A DNA stretch of 64,000 nucleotides. Origin: Tubiluchus corallicola (taxonomy: Eukaryota > Animalia > Priapulida). How positions within the stretch are numbered: position 1 is the stretch's first letter; each line of letters opens with the position of its first letter. A program made the position numbers and the translations under genes. Below are positions 23,113 through 49,226 of the stretch, piece after piece. The DNA lies in assembly GCA_030141605.1 (NCBI GenBank), contig JAQGDQ010000760.1:1-64000 (forward strand), written 5' to 3'. The notes below the pieces were generated by a model. That model was not told the DNA's origin. It was given only the letters and a program-made list of their open reading frames with translations, and made no database searches.

Positions 23113-26100
23113 GTTAGTAATTATTACAGTTCTTCCAATTATGTTATATTATTATTAAACTCACCTGCTAAACATCCAGTTACCTATTGTACCTGTGAAC
23201 TCGCTGTATGTTATAATAGGTGGCATAAATATTAAAACTTTTGAAACAATGCCACTAGATATAGATATAATTAACAAAAGAGACAGTAAGTGTGCGTGAG
23301 AGTGTGTCACTGTAAACGATCTAACAGTTTTGTTTGTGTGACAGTGAAGTTTTGCAACAAATACGGAACCGTGCTTTTTGTGGCAGTTACAAAACATGAC
23401 TTCATGAGTATTTTGACAATTTTACGACATATGGCATTTGACCGTATTCCTTGCACATCATTAAAAAGTACATGCCCACTTCATGAAAACGGTGATATGG
23501 CATTATACAGCCTGTAGCCATGCCGTTTTTTTTGGTACCATTTTTCTTCATGGTTACACTATAAATATTAGTTAGTCTCTTTTCATTGTCTTGCAAATTG
23601 CTAGCTTTAATATACCAATTAATAATTTGTTTAATTTATTTTGTCTATTGTTACAAAAAACTTTAATTATTTTAATGTGTAATAGGCCAGTTAGCAAGAG
23701 TTTAAATCTTAGAGTGTCATGAATTTCTTAGAGTGTTGTAATATGATGACCTACTAGCCGGTATTTTTCCTATAGAATGTTGTGAACGTAATAACCTACT
23801 GAACTGTATTTTTCCTTAATTTGGTTTGTGATTTATTAACTTGTCGGACATAGCAAAAATTGCGGATATTTACAAGAAAGTGGCATCCGCCCATCTCTGA
23901 CGGCGATCCATAATAGTTGCTCGTTAGTATCTTTCGCTGTACAGATTGATCAGCATTTTTAGTGAATGCGTTCGATACACGGATCCATATTTTTAGTTGC
24001 TGCAGTCAGGATACAGATCCGTACCTTTAGTCACTGTCAAAAATAAATAATTACAAATTACGTTTATCAGATGAGTACTTGGATAAATGTTTTTCTGGTT
24101 TGCTGCTATATTTTGGACTTATTATGGTTCTCAGACATTTTCAAATTATAGGTAGTCGTCGACTTCCTACCTATGCAACTTATTACCGTTACCGTCCAAA
24201 GATAGAGGTTAAGCGTAACAGCTTATGGACGTTTTCACTCTTCTTTATTTACTTTGTTAAAATGACTGTTGGACTTTTAACCCAACCACAAGTTAATTAA
24301 TTAATTATACATAAGTCATATTTACTTCTACTTTTTAAGCGTATTCATTTTGAACCTTTCTAAATGTATCTGTCACAATAAATTCATCCGTAGGTGCCGC
24401 CATACTTCTTGCATGTATGCACACAAAACTATGAACTATGATATTTTATTTCACACATAAAACAGAAAATACTTACGAAAGTAATATTATCAATGGGCAA
24501 ATTTGGTTTGTGTGAGGGGAGTGTAGCACCAAGTGGTCATTTACATACTCCCGTTACACATTAGATATAATTAGGTATAATTAGTTCACGGGACCTGTAG
24601 AAAAATCATGTAACTGTTATTATTATATCTATGTAACAAGACAATAATTATTATTGTTAAGAAATTAGGATTAATTTAAGCTGAATTGGTCAATAATTTG
24701 ATATGCCAACTTACAAGCAAAACTGAAGCCGATAATAACTGTAATATTTGTGATGAGAGAAGGTTAATTATTGTATAATGTTAAATAAACATAACTAACT
24801 ATTAAGGAGGTAGAAAATATTGAGGAGATTTGAAAATGACTTATATTTGTAATGAGAAATACTTATTTTACATATAGTAATTTTACATATACATACACAT
24901 ACACGCACAGATATATATATATAAGCGTGTGCATGTTTATTATGTTCACACATAATATTATATTCCTGTGAAAATTATCTCACTGCTCAAATATTATACA
25001 GGTTATTCAGCTTTTCAGTAGAAGAGGCATTGAGCGAAGTTATAGTAATTTGATAATTTACATTGTTTGGAAGATAAATGAAAGTTAGGAAAATTCGTTA
25101 AACAAGAGAATTTCGACCTACAAAGGTCTGTTATTAATGTTAATGAGTTTCATTTTCAGGTAAACTGCAATAATTAGATAAATACCATGTGAGCAGTTGG
25201 CTTGATATTACTCAAAAGGATCATTTACTAGTAATTTACTGAGACAGGCTGCAATGACAAGATAATTTAGCTGAGCCAATGCAGAATTAATAGCAAAGAT
25301 ATTAATCCACAGAGCTTTTATAATTTCTGTAATTATGTAAGCAAAAAATAAAATTGTAAAATCACACATATAAAAAAGACAAATAGACACGCGTGAATAA
25401 GAAAAACAAAGACCCTTACACAGAAGAATATTTGATGATTAAACATTTGTTATAGTCTTTAGAAGCTACTTTTGCAGAAGGAGAGGAAGTTATGTTATGA
25501 GGCATGTTGTTCCATAATATAGCTCCATTGTGCTATAATAAACTTAAACCATAAGTTGTATTAAATCGTTTTTGAAAAAAGTGACCCCTAATGGACAATC
25601 TTTTGTAGTGTGAATGAAGATTGTGGTTTAAAAGTAAAGTAATAAGTATAACGTTCAGGTGATTGATTGCTGTTGAATTTGTACATTAATTTGAATTCGA
25701 GTTTTGTAGATGAGTTTATTCGAGTGTTGTAATTCGGCGCACTGTTTGAACATACTGGTCTGTCTTGTGTCCGAGTCGCCTTACAACCAATCAGCCAGAA
25801 CCAGTTGTGGTCCTGAGTCGGTTATTACCTGTATATTGCCTAGTAATTACAAATGTGGGAGAATTCAATCAAGTAATTAATTTGTATAGATTTTGTCTGG
25901 TGGGAACAACAAATGCTGACTAATATATGTATGCGTTAAAATATGTGATATTCTGTGTGCTATTATATATACAATCGATTGTTATTTGCACTTCAGAAGT
26001 GTGTACCTTGTTGAGTTTGCCTTTTTTTACTTTTGTTTTTAACATCAAGCACATATTGCTTGTGTGTTATTACAATGTTAATGAATATGGCAATCTCATT

Positions 26101-28442
26101 GAAAGTGATAATATTGATGAATTTGCACATTTTACTGATTTTTCAAGACTACTCTTGATGGAAGGCCACAGTTGCAGTAACATCCGAGGAATGTGCAAAA
26201 AATTCAGGCTGGGCGTTGTTGGGCTTTATACGCTGACCTCTTTTAATGTTGATTCAGCTATTTTACCAAACTTGTTACGAATATATTAATCTTGGTGAGA
26301 GTTCTTTGCGGAATAACATATGGCATTGACATCAGATTGCATTCAGTTTAAGCCTAGGTAATAACTGGTATTTAAGTCTTCATTTTTTTTGCTATGCTTG
26401 CTTGGTGCTTCTGTACAATGTGTATATGGATTATGGATATTGCCTGCCTTATAATGCTGTGTAGTTGTACCTGGGTTTTTTCGCTTGTGCACGAATGAGT
26501 CACTAGTTTGCTTTATATGTGTCTTAAGATTTTGCAACCAAATGCATGAGTGCATGGTTTCATTGTTGCATTGGACATTGAAGTATCATCTTAATTCTGG
26601 CTGTACGTTTTATATTGGTAATCATTATCATTTATGGTGTCATTAAATGATACTAACATAGAACAGATGAAGTCTTATGACCTGGCTTTTTTCGTCGGCT
26701 TTATTTTCCATTTCAGCTAGTCATGAAAGGAAAAACCTTAATTTTCGGTCACTTTTGCAAGAACCTGTATGGAAGATCGATTTTTTGCACATTAGAGGAA
26801 AATTAGTATACTCCCATAACAAAAAGGGATACAGTAGGTGCTGCTTAATAGACTCGCTTTGCAACCGAAGACTTTTGACCCAATTAACCAACAGATTTAG
26901 ATGACAAAAGTCAAAAAAGCTTATTGGTCGCACAAACCTATCTTATTGAAACATGTGAAGCAAAAATATGGAGTCAATTGTGCAAGTTATATGCGTCTAT
27001 TATCGGTAGTTTTTATATACATTTGAATAGGACCGACCTTACCAGGTGTTTTTGAGTGAATTAGGTGACTAATTCTATTAACCGACAGTTTAATAAACAA
27101 CGCCTACTGTATTTATAATGTAAGAACATTTATTTTAAAATATCTACAATAGGTACAATTCTGCATCTCAATTTCATTTTTGTCCATGGAGACTTCCAGA
27201 ATGGTTACTTCCTACCTCATTGTTATGTCCTTCCCTATTATTCTAGATAGCTGAACTCATAAACATTGTGAAATCAGTAGCTGTTGTAATATAAACGATG
27301 AATGAGAAATAACATGCTTATGTAGTTGTTGTTTCACCGAGGACTTAATTTTTTCTAATTTGCAATTTCCAGAAAACAGAACAATCAATATTTCCTCTTC
27401 GATAGCTTTTTGAAAAATTTGCAATCTTTTTTCAAACTAACGAATTGTTATTATACATAAAATTTATATAGTACCCTAAATATATAAAAATACTCACTTG
27501 CACTTTACAACCAAAGATTTTGCAAAGCCTAAAATAAGTCATGCCCTATACGTACTATAACTTCCTAAAAAAATGCCTTAAAAATTTATATCAAAAATCT
27601 AGTTAGCCAAATGCAGGCAAAATTAAAATCCAATTTATTTCCGTATTCTATTTTAAAAAGATGTGTTCTTGAGCATTTTTTTAATGTAGAGACTGGGATT
27701 ATGTCAGCTGTTTTATTATACTGCAGTTTCCTTCTGCACGAGATGTTTCTGGTGTAGTTTTTTTCTCTCTGTTGCCACTAGTTTTCACATGGTCCGCTTT
27801 TTAGAACAGATGTACCTGACTTACGTTTGCAGAAAGTTATTCGTACAACCTTTAGAAAAAATGCCTTTTTGCAAGTTTGCTTTTTTGGAAAAAACTTCTG
27901 ATGAGGAAGAAACGTTTCGTTAAATAGTCCTCTAATCCTTTACTGATTAAAGTATAATCCTGTGGAGAAGTCCACTTTGGCCATGTTTTGTTCTAACCAC
28001 TGGCTCTGATTTATTTAATATATTTAGACTAATTATTATTATAGAATAAGATATTTTAATGTTATCATTTCAAGCATATGCCTAGTCTTTCTGTTTTGAG
28101 ATGCGGAAGTAATGTGAATGCATAGTGAAGTGTGTGCTGTTGATAATGCCACATAGTGTGCATGTATTCTAACGCAGTAAGTTTAGAAACTTCAGAAACC
28201 TTAAAATTTAAAAACTGCACAAAGAAAAAAGCAAAACAAACTTGCAGTCCTTTGCTAATTTCGTACTACTTAGTTGCTTAGTTGTAATCTTGCAAGGGCG
28301 GCATCAGTGCAAGCAGGATTTTATGGATGTACCTTTCATACGTTCTTAGTAAAATGTAAATTTTGCTGTTGAAGAACAAAAGCCATGATTCACTCAATCA
28401 GGAGATCAATTAAAATTCTAGGCAACTTTCAATTTCAGCATT

Positions 28443-39884
<11,442 letters not shown>

Positions 39885-40300
39885 GTATAATCGACGATCA
39901 TAGTGAAGTTCTTTTATTAGTGCCGTATAAAAAGCTCTGTCTGAATTCTTGTACATTGTGTAGATAACTGCTACAGACAGAATGCACATTATTAAATTTG
40001 TAAAACCTGTAAAATCTTTACCACATTTTTACAAGTCAATGAAAGATTTGAAGTGATTTTAACTCGTGTGATTTTTTTTAAATTTTTACCCAGAGATTTT
40101 ATTACAATTGTTGCTTGCAGGGTATATTCCTGCTTTATTATGCATTTACCGTCCACTTGCCAACATAAACAAGACACACGTCTGCCTCACTGCCAGTGTA
40201 CAACATTGCTAAAATGCAAATCAATTTGGTACATGTTTAATAATCATAATTCAATTCTCAAAATATGTTAATTAACAGCAAGTACTTTGTTAATTTTAAC

Positions 40301-40406
40301 CCTTTAATATCAGTTACCATACTGGGTTACTTTAGCCGTTAATATTGATTACCACATTGGGTTACTTTAGCCTTTAATATTGATTACCACATTGGGTTAC
40401 TTTAGC
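40301..40406. repeat. About 35-bp tandem repeat, 3 copies, downstream of the PAK stop
   Basis: Unit approximately CCTTTAATATTGATTACCACATTGGGTTACTTTAG, repeated three times. Confidence 0.85.
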
Positions 40407-43400
40407 TTCAGCCATTTGTTACTTTTAAATGTCCATAGTCTTGAAGTCCTAAACAATATACTTCTACAGTCTTTAATGGCACACTAGAAGTTTGGGGTAT
40501 AACTAGTTAAATAGTTTGATGAATGATTCCAATTCATTGACACCTGATCAGCGATAATGAGTTTACCTGTGACTCTTCAGGTTTAAAATTGTTTTTTTTA
40601 GATTTTCTGTTGAAAGTGTTTTCTTAACTTTAACTTTTTTGATTCTGTGACTTGCAGGAATAGTTTGCTTAAGCATTCCAAATGTATTTTATCAAACATC
40701 AAATTGTTAATGTTTGGAAATAGTTTATACCATTTGTTGGGGAAATTTCAGAGCATTGTTGGATAATATCTCGCATGTCATCAAATGTCATACAATTACG
40801 CCTTGAAAGGAGAATTTTTATACTGCTCAAGCATATATACAATTACTGAGGCAGCTATTATTCTTTATTACCTTTGTTGTACATAGTAGTTTATAGCTCC
40901 AAAATATAATCATTAGATTTGTGTAATATTTACTATAGTACTGCATTATAGCATTATTTTGTTTATTTTAGTACTATGTCTATAGCGGTATGGTGTGTAA
41001 TATTTGTATCATTTTTGGATTTCTTACAATTTAGTAATTGTAAAATCTATTTGTTCTTTAGTAGATACTAAATTTTTGCAAAACATCTTTTGACATGAAT
41101 TTAGTTCAAAATTTAATAAAGACAGTTTTAAAATGCAGTATACTGTACTTTTCGAAATGTACCAAACTAGTCCCATCCAGAAATTGAGACTATAACACTG
41201 TAACGTAGTGTATTATTGGAAAGCATTAAGTACATGCAAGATTAGATAACAATTATTAATTTTCTCAAATCATTTTTAAAAATTTTATTCTAACAGTTAT
41301 TCATGTTCCCATCACTTGTACAAGTTTTAAACGTCAAAGTGGAAAATCTTATATTGTTGTTTACTATTTTTCTGAACTGTACATAAAGTGTAAATTATTT
41401 TTATATTTGTTTATGGTACTATTTAGTTTAGCATTCTTTGGTTACATTATAAATTTAGCCATCATTGCGACAATAAATAGTCAGAGCAGCTTTTTTGTCA
41501 TACTAACTTTGTTTACTGATTTAGTTAACTATGAAGCAATCTATTTTTATACTATTGTTGTAAAGCTTGTGTACAATGTACAGTGAGTGTTTTAATTAAT
41601 TACTGTGGTGAATTTTTATTTTTAATTAACTATAAAAACTTCTCTCTTTATACGTTGTATTGTTGATCGATTGAAATTTTTCGATTTTCATTTTAAAAGT
41701 ATTTTGGTCATATATTAACAAATTGAAAATGGTTATTGGTGTGTATAATCATTAGAACAATACAAATGCAAATAAATTTACAATAATTACATCTCAATTA
41801 TTATATTCATTATTATGTACATTATGACTACTAAGAGGCACTTAATCAGATATGCATTAAAATTATTAACCTTAACTTTATAACAGGAAAACATATTTCG
41901 CAGTGATTATCAGTAGTCTTCTAGTACTAGCCAATTTCACGCTTCAGTACATTGATCAGAACTTATAATAAATTATTAATAATGTTATTTTTACATTATT
42001 AGCAAGAAACCTCATAAGTCACCCATATTATAAAATAAATGGAATTCCTATTAAAATATATTGCGCCTCACTTTTTAGTATAGGAAAGGTGATTACAACT
42101 AGGCCGGGCACTAGTTAGGTTAGTAGCGGTCTACTATTTAAAAAAAGTCACCATACAGTCAGCTGATAAGAACCAAAATACCATTTCAAGGATTCACAGT
42201 AATCATTTACTGAAAACTAATTTTATTCTCCAAAGGACGATCCTAAGTATCATTCTCTTTGCATGTAGTTTTACGCCATCAGCAAAGCTCAAAAAATTTA
42301 TGCCTACAAGCCAGTTCAAACTGGGACATGTTAAACTTCTGTCCACCCATTTTGTTACACAATTTAATCCCTGAGCTACTGACCAATAGTCTTTTCCATT
42401 TTATCAAATTGTGACAAAATTTTATTTGTTATAGCTCTACAAATTACAATGTTAAAAAGTGTGCAACTGAATTATCCTATAACGTGTACATAATCTTACC
42501 ATAAAATTGCATTATGTAGGCACACCTCGTGGATAATAAGTTTGAACTGCTACTACACTTGTAATGTCCCCCTACAAAAGGAGGAAGCAGAGAAAATGCT
42601 TAAAATGTTGAGTTACCCCAAGACAACAACAACAGATCTCTGATTTAATGATTCATTTAAGATGATTTTGGAAAAGATCAATTATGATGTACGCACGAAC
42701 TCGAGTTTACTGGTGGAATAATTACATTTTCAGCTCAATAATATACCGGGTAAATTATAATAAATATAAATAAGAAACTACATATAATAGGTGAGGCAAA
42801 GTGACACCCAAGTGGCCACGGCATGTGTTTGGCAACCAAAGAATAGCACGAGGCTGCTCATTGACTGGACAGGCAATTACCAGGTTGATGCTCATCCTGG
42901 GTGATTACATTTGCTATACTGATTCTGGATCTGGAGGGCTACCATTGATAATTAAATTCCGATCTCACCACAACATCCATGTTAAGTAAACCCTTTCGTT
43001 AAATATTGGATAACCTTCAAAACAGCAATGGTATCAATTTGTTCTATTTGTTAACTCTGACAAGCAGGAAAAGCATCATAAAACAGCGAAAATATGGGGA
43101 AGCTATAAAAACAATTGAACTTTAAACCACAGTAGTAAAATATTGCCATCAGTTAATGGCATCTCTAGTGAAACATGTATAACAGATCTGCATAGTTAAT
43201 TAATGAATTACAATCAGTATTTTATCACGTTTCTTTGTATAACTGATGTGGCATAGTATACGATATCGTGTTCGAGTCACAAAAAATTCTAACATCAATA
43301 ACATTCTACAACTAAAAAGCTCATAATTACTGCAGATGAACTCCAAAACAAGTCAGTACAATAACACATAATTTATAATAATATATAATGATAGAAATAT

Positions 43401-44515
43401 ATAAATGATACATTACCACATATTCCATTTAAAATAAACATAGAAAATTTTAATGGCAAAATTAGGTACTACGTACTACTACATACTGTTTAATATATAT
43501 AGTTTTATCTATATATAATTATTATTTATAACATTTATTAAACACTTATACTATTTTCACTACATTTACGGCCATATATCATTTGGTTGGAAAAATAAGT
43601 GTTATTGTCAGTAAGTTATTACTGGTATTATAAATATAGATTTATATAGTTCAATTAACAACTAAAACTGGCTAAAAATTCAAAGCCAACATTAATTAGA
43701 AATTTGACAGTGCAAAAGCTACAAATTGAAACCTTAACTGCACACATTGCAGTTAGTGTAATTTTTAAATTTGATTACATTGTCAAGATTGAAAAGATTT
43801 CAAGTGATTAAGATTTTATGTCATTTGCATTGTTCACAAATACCATAACAAATTAATTCAAAAGTAATGGGTTGCTACAAGAACAAATATAATATACGGC
43901 AGACACCATTAAACGTTGAATAATACCGACTTTACAAATCAATCCTGTATAGCCTTAAATTTTGCAAAACATTTTTAAGCAAATCAACTGCATTTGAGCC
44001 ATGGTTTAGATCTTGCTGACATATATTAAGCTCCTTTAATAATAACGTTAAAATAGCTATTACAAATACATGAAAATGCGTATCAGCAAATAATTATCAT
44101 ATTTGAAGCATAAACAATTCGTACAAAATAATACTTACTAAAGAAAATGATAGGACCAAATTTTGTGTCGACAGAGCACAATTTATTTCAAAATAATTTG
44201 GTATATAACGATACCAAGCTAAAATCATTGATCAATCTTTGATCCCTGAATTTTAATCTTTTATTATTATTCAAACATTATCTATGTATCCTATGTGTAA
44301 TTTCTATCGGATTTCTAGTAATAGCAGCTAAGATAATAACTCGGTGAGTTTTCTGCGCCAATCACATGACAAATTTATCTGATATGCTGGCAGTTTTTAA
44401 AGTCTCATATAAATTAAATTGCTATAGCTTACCTATGTGCTCTCTGTGCTGTTAAGCATGTAAATTAACACACATATAAAACCACGTGCAACCTACAAAC
44501 CATCAATGCAACTAC

Positions 44516-47500
44516 CTAGATAGTGACGTTAGTGTTGCCACGTTGGATGATTCGTTCTCGCTCTCGGTTCAAACTAATAAAAAAGTTTTCCTCCTGGTGC
44601 AGCCGTACAATTTTAATTGCACAAAGACACAGAATAGCAAACCAATCAATAAATAGCATCCATGCCCCAAACTGTCATAAGATAACACAAAATTATATAT
44701 AAAAAAAATTGCTAAATTAAAAGTAGAAATTAAAATTGGAATTCTCAAGTGGCCATGTTAGAGACACGCTTATATCTCGGTTTGCTGGACAAAAGCGGGG
44801 AGATGTCCATTCAATTTTACCGATTGTCTGTATTTACCGATACTAAGATATATTGTACATCAGTAGGCGCCGTGTGTTAGACACACAGTAATGTAGACTC
44901 AATCGCCTAATTGTCTCAAAAACGTCTAGTACAGGCCACTCCTCAGCTATATAAGTATAGTATAAGAAATATTATGTAGCTCCTATTATACTTACTAGTA
45001 TATAAAAACTGTTAGCAATTGACTCATATAACTCCGCATAATTGACTCTAAACCACTTACACATGTATGCTGATTAAACCACTAAACACGCTGATGTACA
45101 AGCTACACATGTGTAGTTACATGCTGTAAATAAAGAGACAGCCCGCCAACTAGTGGTCAGCTCACGAAATAACAGACTGTGTCCATATTATGCGAGAGTT
45201 TTTAGCGAACCAGATTTTGTCTGAATTTTCTGATATCCGTAAAAGCAAGGTCCAGCAAGCCAAGATATGAGTGTACTGTTATTTGCAAAGTCATTAAAAT
45301 AATATGACGGTAATAGATATTCGACAAATAATTTACTCTAATGTTCAAAATCTGTTCATCACTTTTATAGCAATTTGGTACAATGTAAATTCCAAATAAT
45401 TTCCTAAAATTCTCTTAAAAAAATCAAGAAAAGGGAATGAAAGTTAAAAACTTCTCTTACTTGTGCAGTACCCATTTGTGTTGAGAATCCATCGCCGTTT
45501 ATTTTTTCATCAGAAATGTAGCTATTAAATGCTAATGATACGTCTACGCATCTAAAAAAATAACACAACGGCAACAATATCAGTGAACTGCATACTGCGC
45601 ATTTGATAATACAAGCTACCTGTCAAAAAGCTATGAGTTTGCATGGCATTTGAAATATTGGTTACATACCATGCATGTAGAAGCTGCTAATGTTTTAAAA
45701 TTAAAGAAAAATGTTTGCCAATTTTAACTGTGCATAATTAATAAACTTTCACAATAATAATAATACGTAATTACATATTAATCATATTATGAAAATCAGT
45801 AATTATCACAATAATAATAATTTTCACAATATTGTGATGATTGTGAAAATTATTACAGAGAAAATCTAAGTGTCTAAGACTTACAGAAAAATGCTTCAGT
45901 TGCTGAAATACTACTGACTCATTAATAAATACTTTCAAGGTTAACATGTACATTAGCACTAGCCGCCTCCAGTTATTCAGTCTGGCTACATCCAAGCTGA
46001 ACCCAGTAACAAATGCATACAGCAATAAGTTTAACCATGCCTAAAGTATAACTAAAATGTGATAACTGGAATGCAGCACAGACAATCCATTAAAAATGGC
46101 TCGTTTTGAATAAATTTTAATATTTATTTGCCAACTACGACGCATAACAATGGTGCTCATTGAACAACACTTTAGTACCCTTTAATATGACAACAAATTA
46201 CTTATTTTCAAAGCCTATAAAGGAAGATAACGAGTAATGTGCAAAACTGACATGAAAAATGACTTGTTGCCAAAGGCATGCACTGGCACAAAGCAAAATA
46301 CAAAATGTGAGTTATAAAACTCCTTTGGTTTGAGTGACTCAGCCTGTTAACTTAGTGCATACTACCAATAATGAAAGGCAAACAAACCAAACTGAACAAG
46401 CACTGTTAATGCTTCAGCAAATGTTAAATACTACAACTACATGTAACATTCGAGCATTGTATGATTGAAGCTAAGTGTTTGGGAATAAAAAAACTGTCCT
46501 AGTAAGAACACAAAATTATGTAAAAAAAAATCTGGCAGTATGTATACCACACATTATAAAAATTAAATCTACATAAATATCACACGGTATAATCAGGTGT
46601 GTGCCGGTCTGACAGATAATCAGCAATCAGCAAGCAAACCTGCATATAAGAACAAATCTGAGACACTTTAATATAAGTAATTGTAACATGGTCTAGTGAT
46701 ATGCAGTTAAGTGAAAATAAGTCGTAATTTAACTAAATTTCTGTGACACTTAACTAAACTGTCTAGAAAAGTAACAAAGCAGTTAACCACCAGAAGACAG
46801 TTTTTATTCTTTCTAACACATTAAAAGATGTTAACCTGCATTCATAATTACATGTTTAGCGTTTGCCTTTGCAGAAAATCCAATGCTTTGCAGAATTGCT
46901 TTGTTATCGCAGTTAAACAAACAATGTATGACAACATACAGTAGCAACAGCCAAGCAAAACGACCTTGAGCTATGACAAAGAATTGAATTAATTAAACTT
47001 TCGGGATTTAATTTTGCCTTCCTACAACCACTATCTTAAATTCACCGCTTGTTGCAACAATTTTAATGACATTATTTCAAAATAGGCCCTGTGATCGAGA
47101 TCGAATGGGATCGGACACCTTATTGGCCAGTAGGCAAAAATAATCGGATGGGATTCAAACACAAGTTGTCACATCGGCACATCCCTAGTTATAATATTTC
47201 TTTTTCATTATTCTAACATTACCCAGACAATGCACATTATCCATAGCCTCTCCTAATATAGCAATCATTCCACAATATCGAAGAATGTTGTCTACAACTA
47301 ACTAACAAATATCTAGCAGAAAATTTGGAAACTATTATTTCATGCACAAGATATGTAGCATAGGTGAAAAAAGTTCACTGATCTTCCATTTTGTTCATAT
47401 ATAATTGCTTACTTTTCAAAGTGCCCAGTTGTTGTCAAACCATCGCACCACGAATTATAACCTGCCGTTAAAACAATGCATGCCACAAAGTGCATAACTA

Positions 47501-49226
47501 GAAGTAGTCCAGTAAAAAGTAGATTGACAAATGCTCCACGGAATGTCCTGAAAGCGAAAATATGCTTACACTATTTTGTCAAAATCACAGATTTTTCCAG
47601 ACAAAATTATCCTTCTTCATTCAAAAACCTAAAAGTTTCAGGATTCAAATCTTGAGTCAGTCGAGACTTCACATTTCCTCCCCTTCAGTTAAGTTTGATT
47701 TCAAAAATTCAATAATTGTAAGTTCTCAAGTTCTTTCAATCACCATGTTTTAATGCCATTTTAAAGCACAATATTTGACCGAAGTTGCGACAGAAATGTG
47801 GCACATGTGCATTAAATTTAGAAGTTTCCACTTCACATTAAAATATGTTTCATGCTCTCAGGCAGTATCTGTAAAGGGCTAGTTCCCAAGGGTTTCTTTT
47901 GATGATAGTCTAGCCAATAGTTACATTTGCTGCCAAAAGAGAGAACTAAAAATTTTATCATGTGCATTAATAAGGTTACTATTTACACAAATATCTGGAA
48001 TGATACTTCAATGCAAAAAAGCATTTTATTACAAAGACAAAACTAAAACAAATTTATAAAAGCGGAAAGAATCATAATAATGGCATTTGCTAACAATCAT
48101 TCCATTGATGTCCTTTAAATTCCACAACAAGAATGCCTTTACTATTAAGTAAAAATATACAATGACTTTGCAATTGCGGTACCAAACCAACAGCCAGGCT
48201 GAAAAACATGCTGCACTAGGAGCGAACGAACGCCTACACGCTACAAATGCGCCGTGCCCTATATAACCGTGCTCAGCGCACACACTTATATCCATCAATT
48301 TGCCACTCTTATCACTATAAAACTCTTAATTGAAAGTAGAACTACCCATAGCTCACATCAGTTTACTTAATCTGCAGCCATCTTCGTCACAAACAAAATT
48401 CAATACAAATTTACACACTGTTTACCAGTTTTACGAGAACAAAATTCAATTCAATTATAGAGTTCCCAGCTGAAGGGCAGAGATATATCAATACTAACGG
48501 CACATTTTTTGGAGCAGAAATTGTGGCAAGACTAATACGGTTGTCTGAGGAATGCCTATGGTTTGAAAAACTAATTAAATTCTTCTTTTTTAAGGGATTC
48601 AAGTAATTTATTTTTGTATTCCATGTATTTAGTGGTCTAACATTATACTCACGTCACTTTTCTTATGCTACACCATGCCAACAAAAATTTTCATGCCCGG
48701 ATATATACCAAATTTTCCACGCAAATTCCAGCCTGGACCAACAGGACAATAAGTCACAACAGCTTCATTTTTAATTGGGTAGAGTAGAGCGTAGCACCGC
48801 TAAGGTGTACCATTATTACGCCAAAATGCCCAGTGATTTCTACATATACACATGCGCAGGTAACGAATATACGCCATCTGACATACTAAATAATATCATA
48901 ACTTGTTCATTTTCAAGTAAGGATAAAACTTACTCTTCAGTTTCTTTCATCAAAAACATTCCCATGCGGCAGGTCATAAAAATGGACACTAACATAAAAA
49001 CAACACCCATAAACACGACATAGCCACAGTTGCTAGAAGCACCCCAAGTGTGAATATCTATCTTTTGTTTATTTTCTGGTCTGAACTCAGCCTCTGCATA
49101 CAATATGCAGTTTCCTGCGAAAGAATGGCGGCAAACCGCAACAGGGATGAAAAACACAAAGGACAACAGCAACGAGAGAACATAGCAACACGTCTGTGCT
49201 AAAATTAAAAAATTCCCTATTCCCAT
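44516..49226 (-). CDS. TMEM179: Transmembrane protein 179 family (4-TM), 224 aa
   Basis: Exons 49226-48934, 47547-47413, 45551-45461, 44671-44516 (675 nt, TAG). Translation MGIGNFLILAQTCCYVLSLLLSFVFFIPV...FAGNCILY...WGASSNC...TFRGAFVNLL...GYNSWCD...FSTQMGTAQ|FGAWMLFIDWF...HQEENFFISLNRERERII follows the TMEM179 pattern (F.G.CLL, WG...C, GF..WCD, AQFG.W) and its 4-exon layout. Confidence 0.92.

Noticed and set aside
45164-45275. Alternative last exon of TMEM179 (YTHILACWTLLLRIS...)
   Set aside because: The acceptor lacks a pyrimidine tract and the peptide does not resemble TMEM179; the canonical exon is present at 44671-44516.
47083-47188. Small hAT-like MITE (TAGG...CCCTA ends with GATCG motifs)
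   Set aside because: The ends match poorly and no target-site duplication is evident; probably a remnant, too weak to call.
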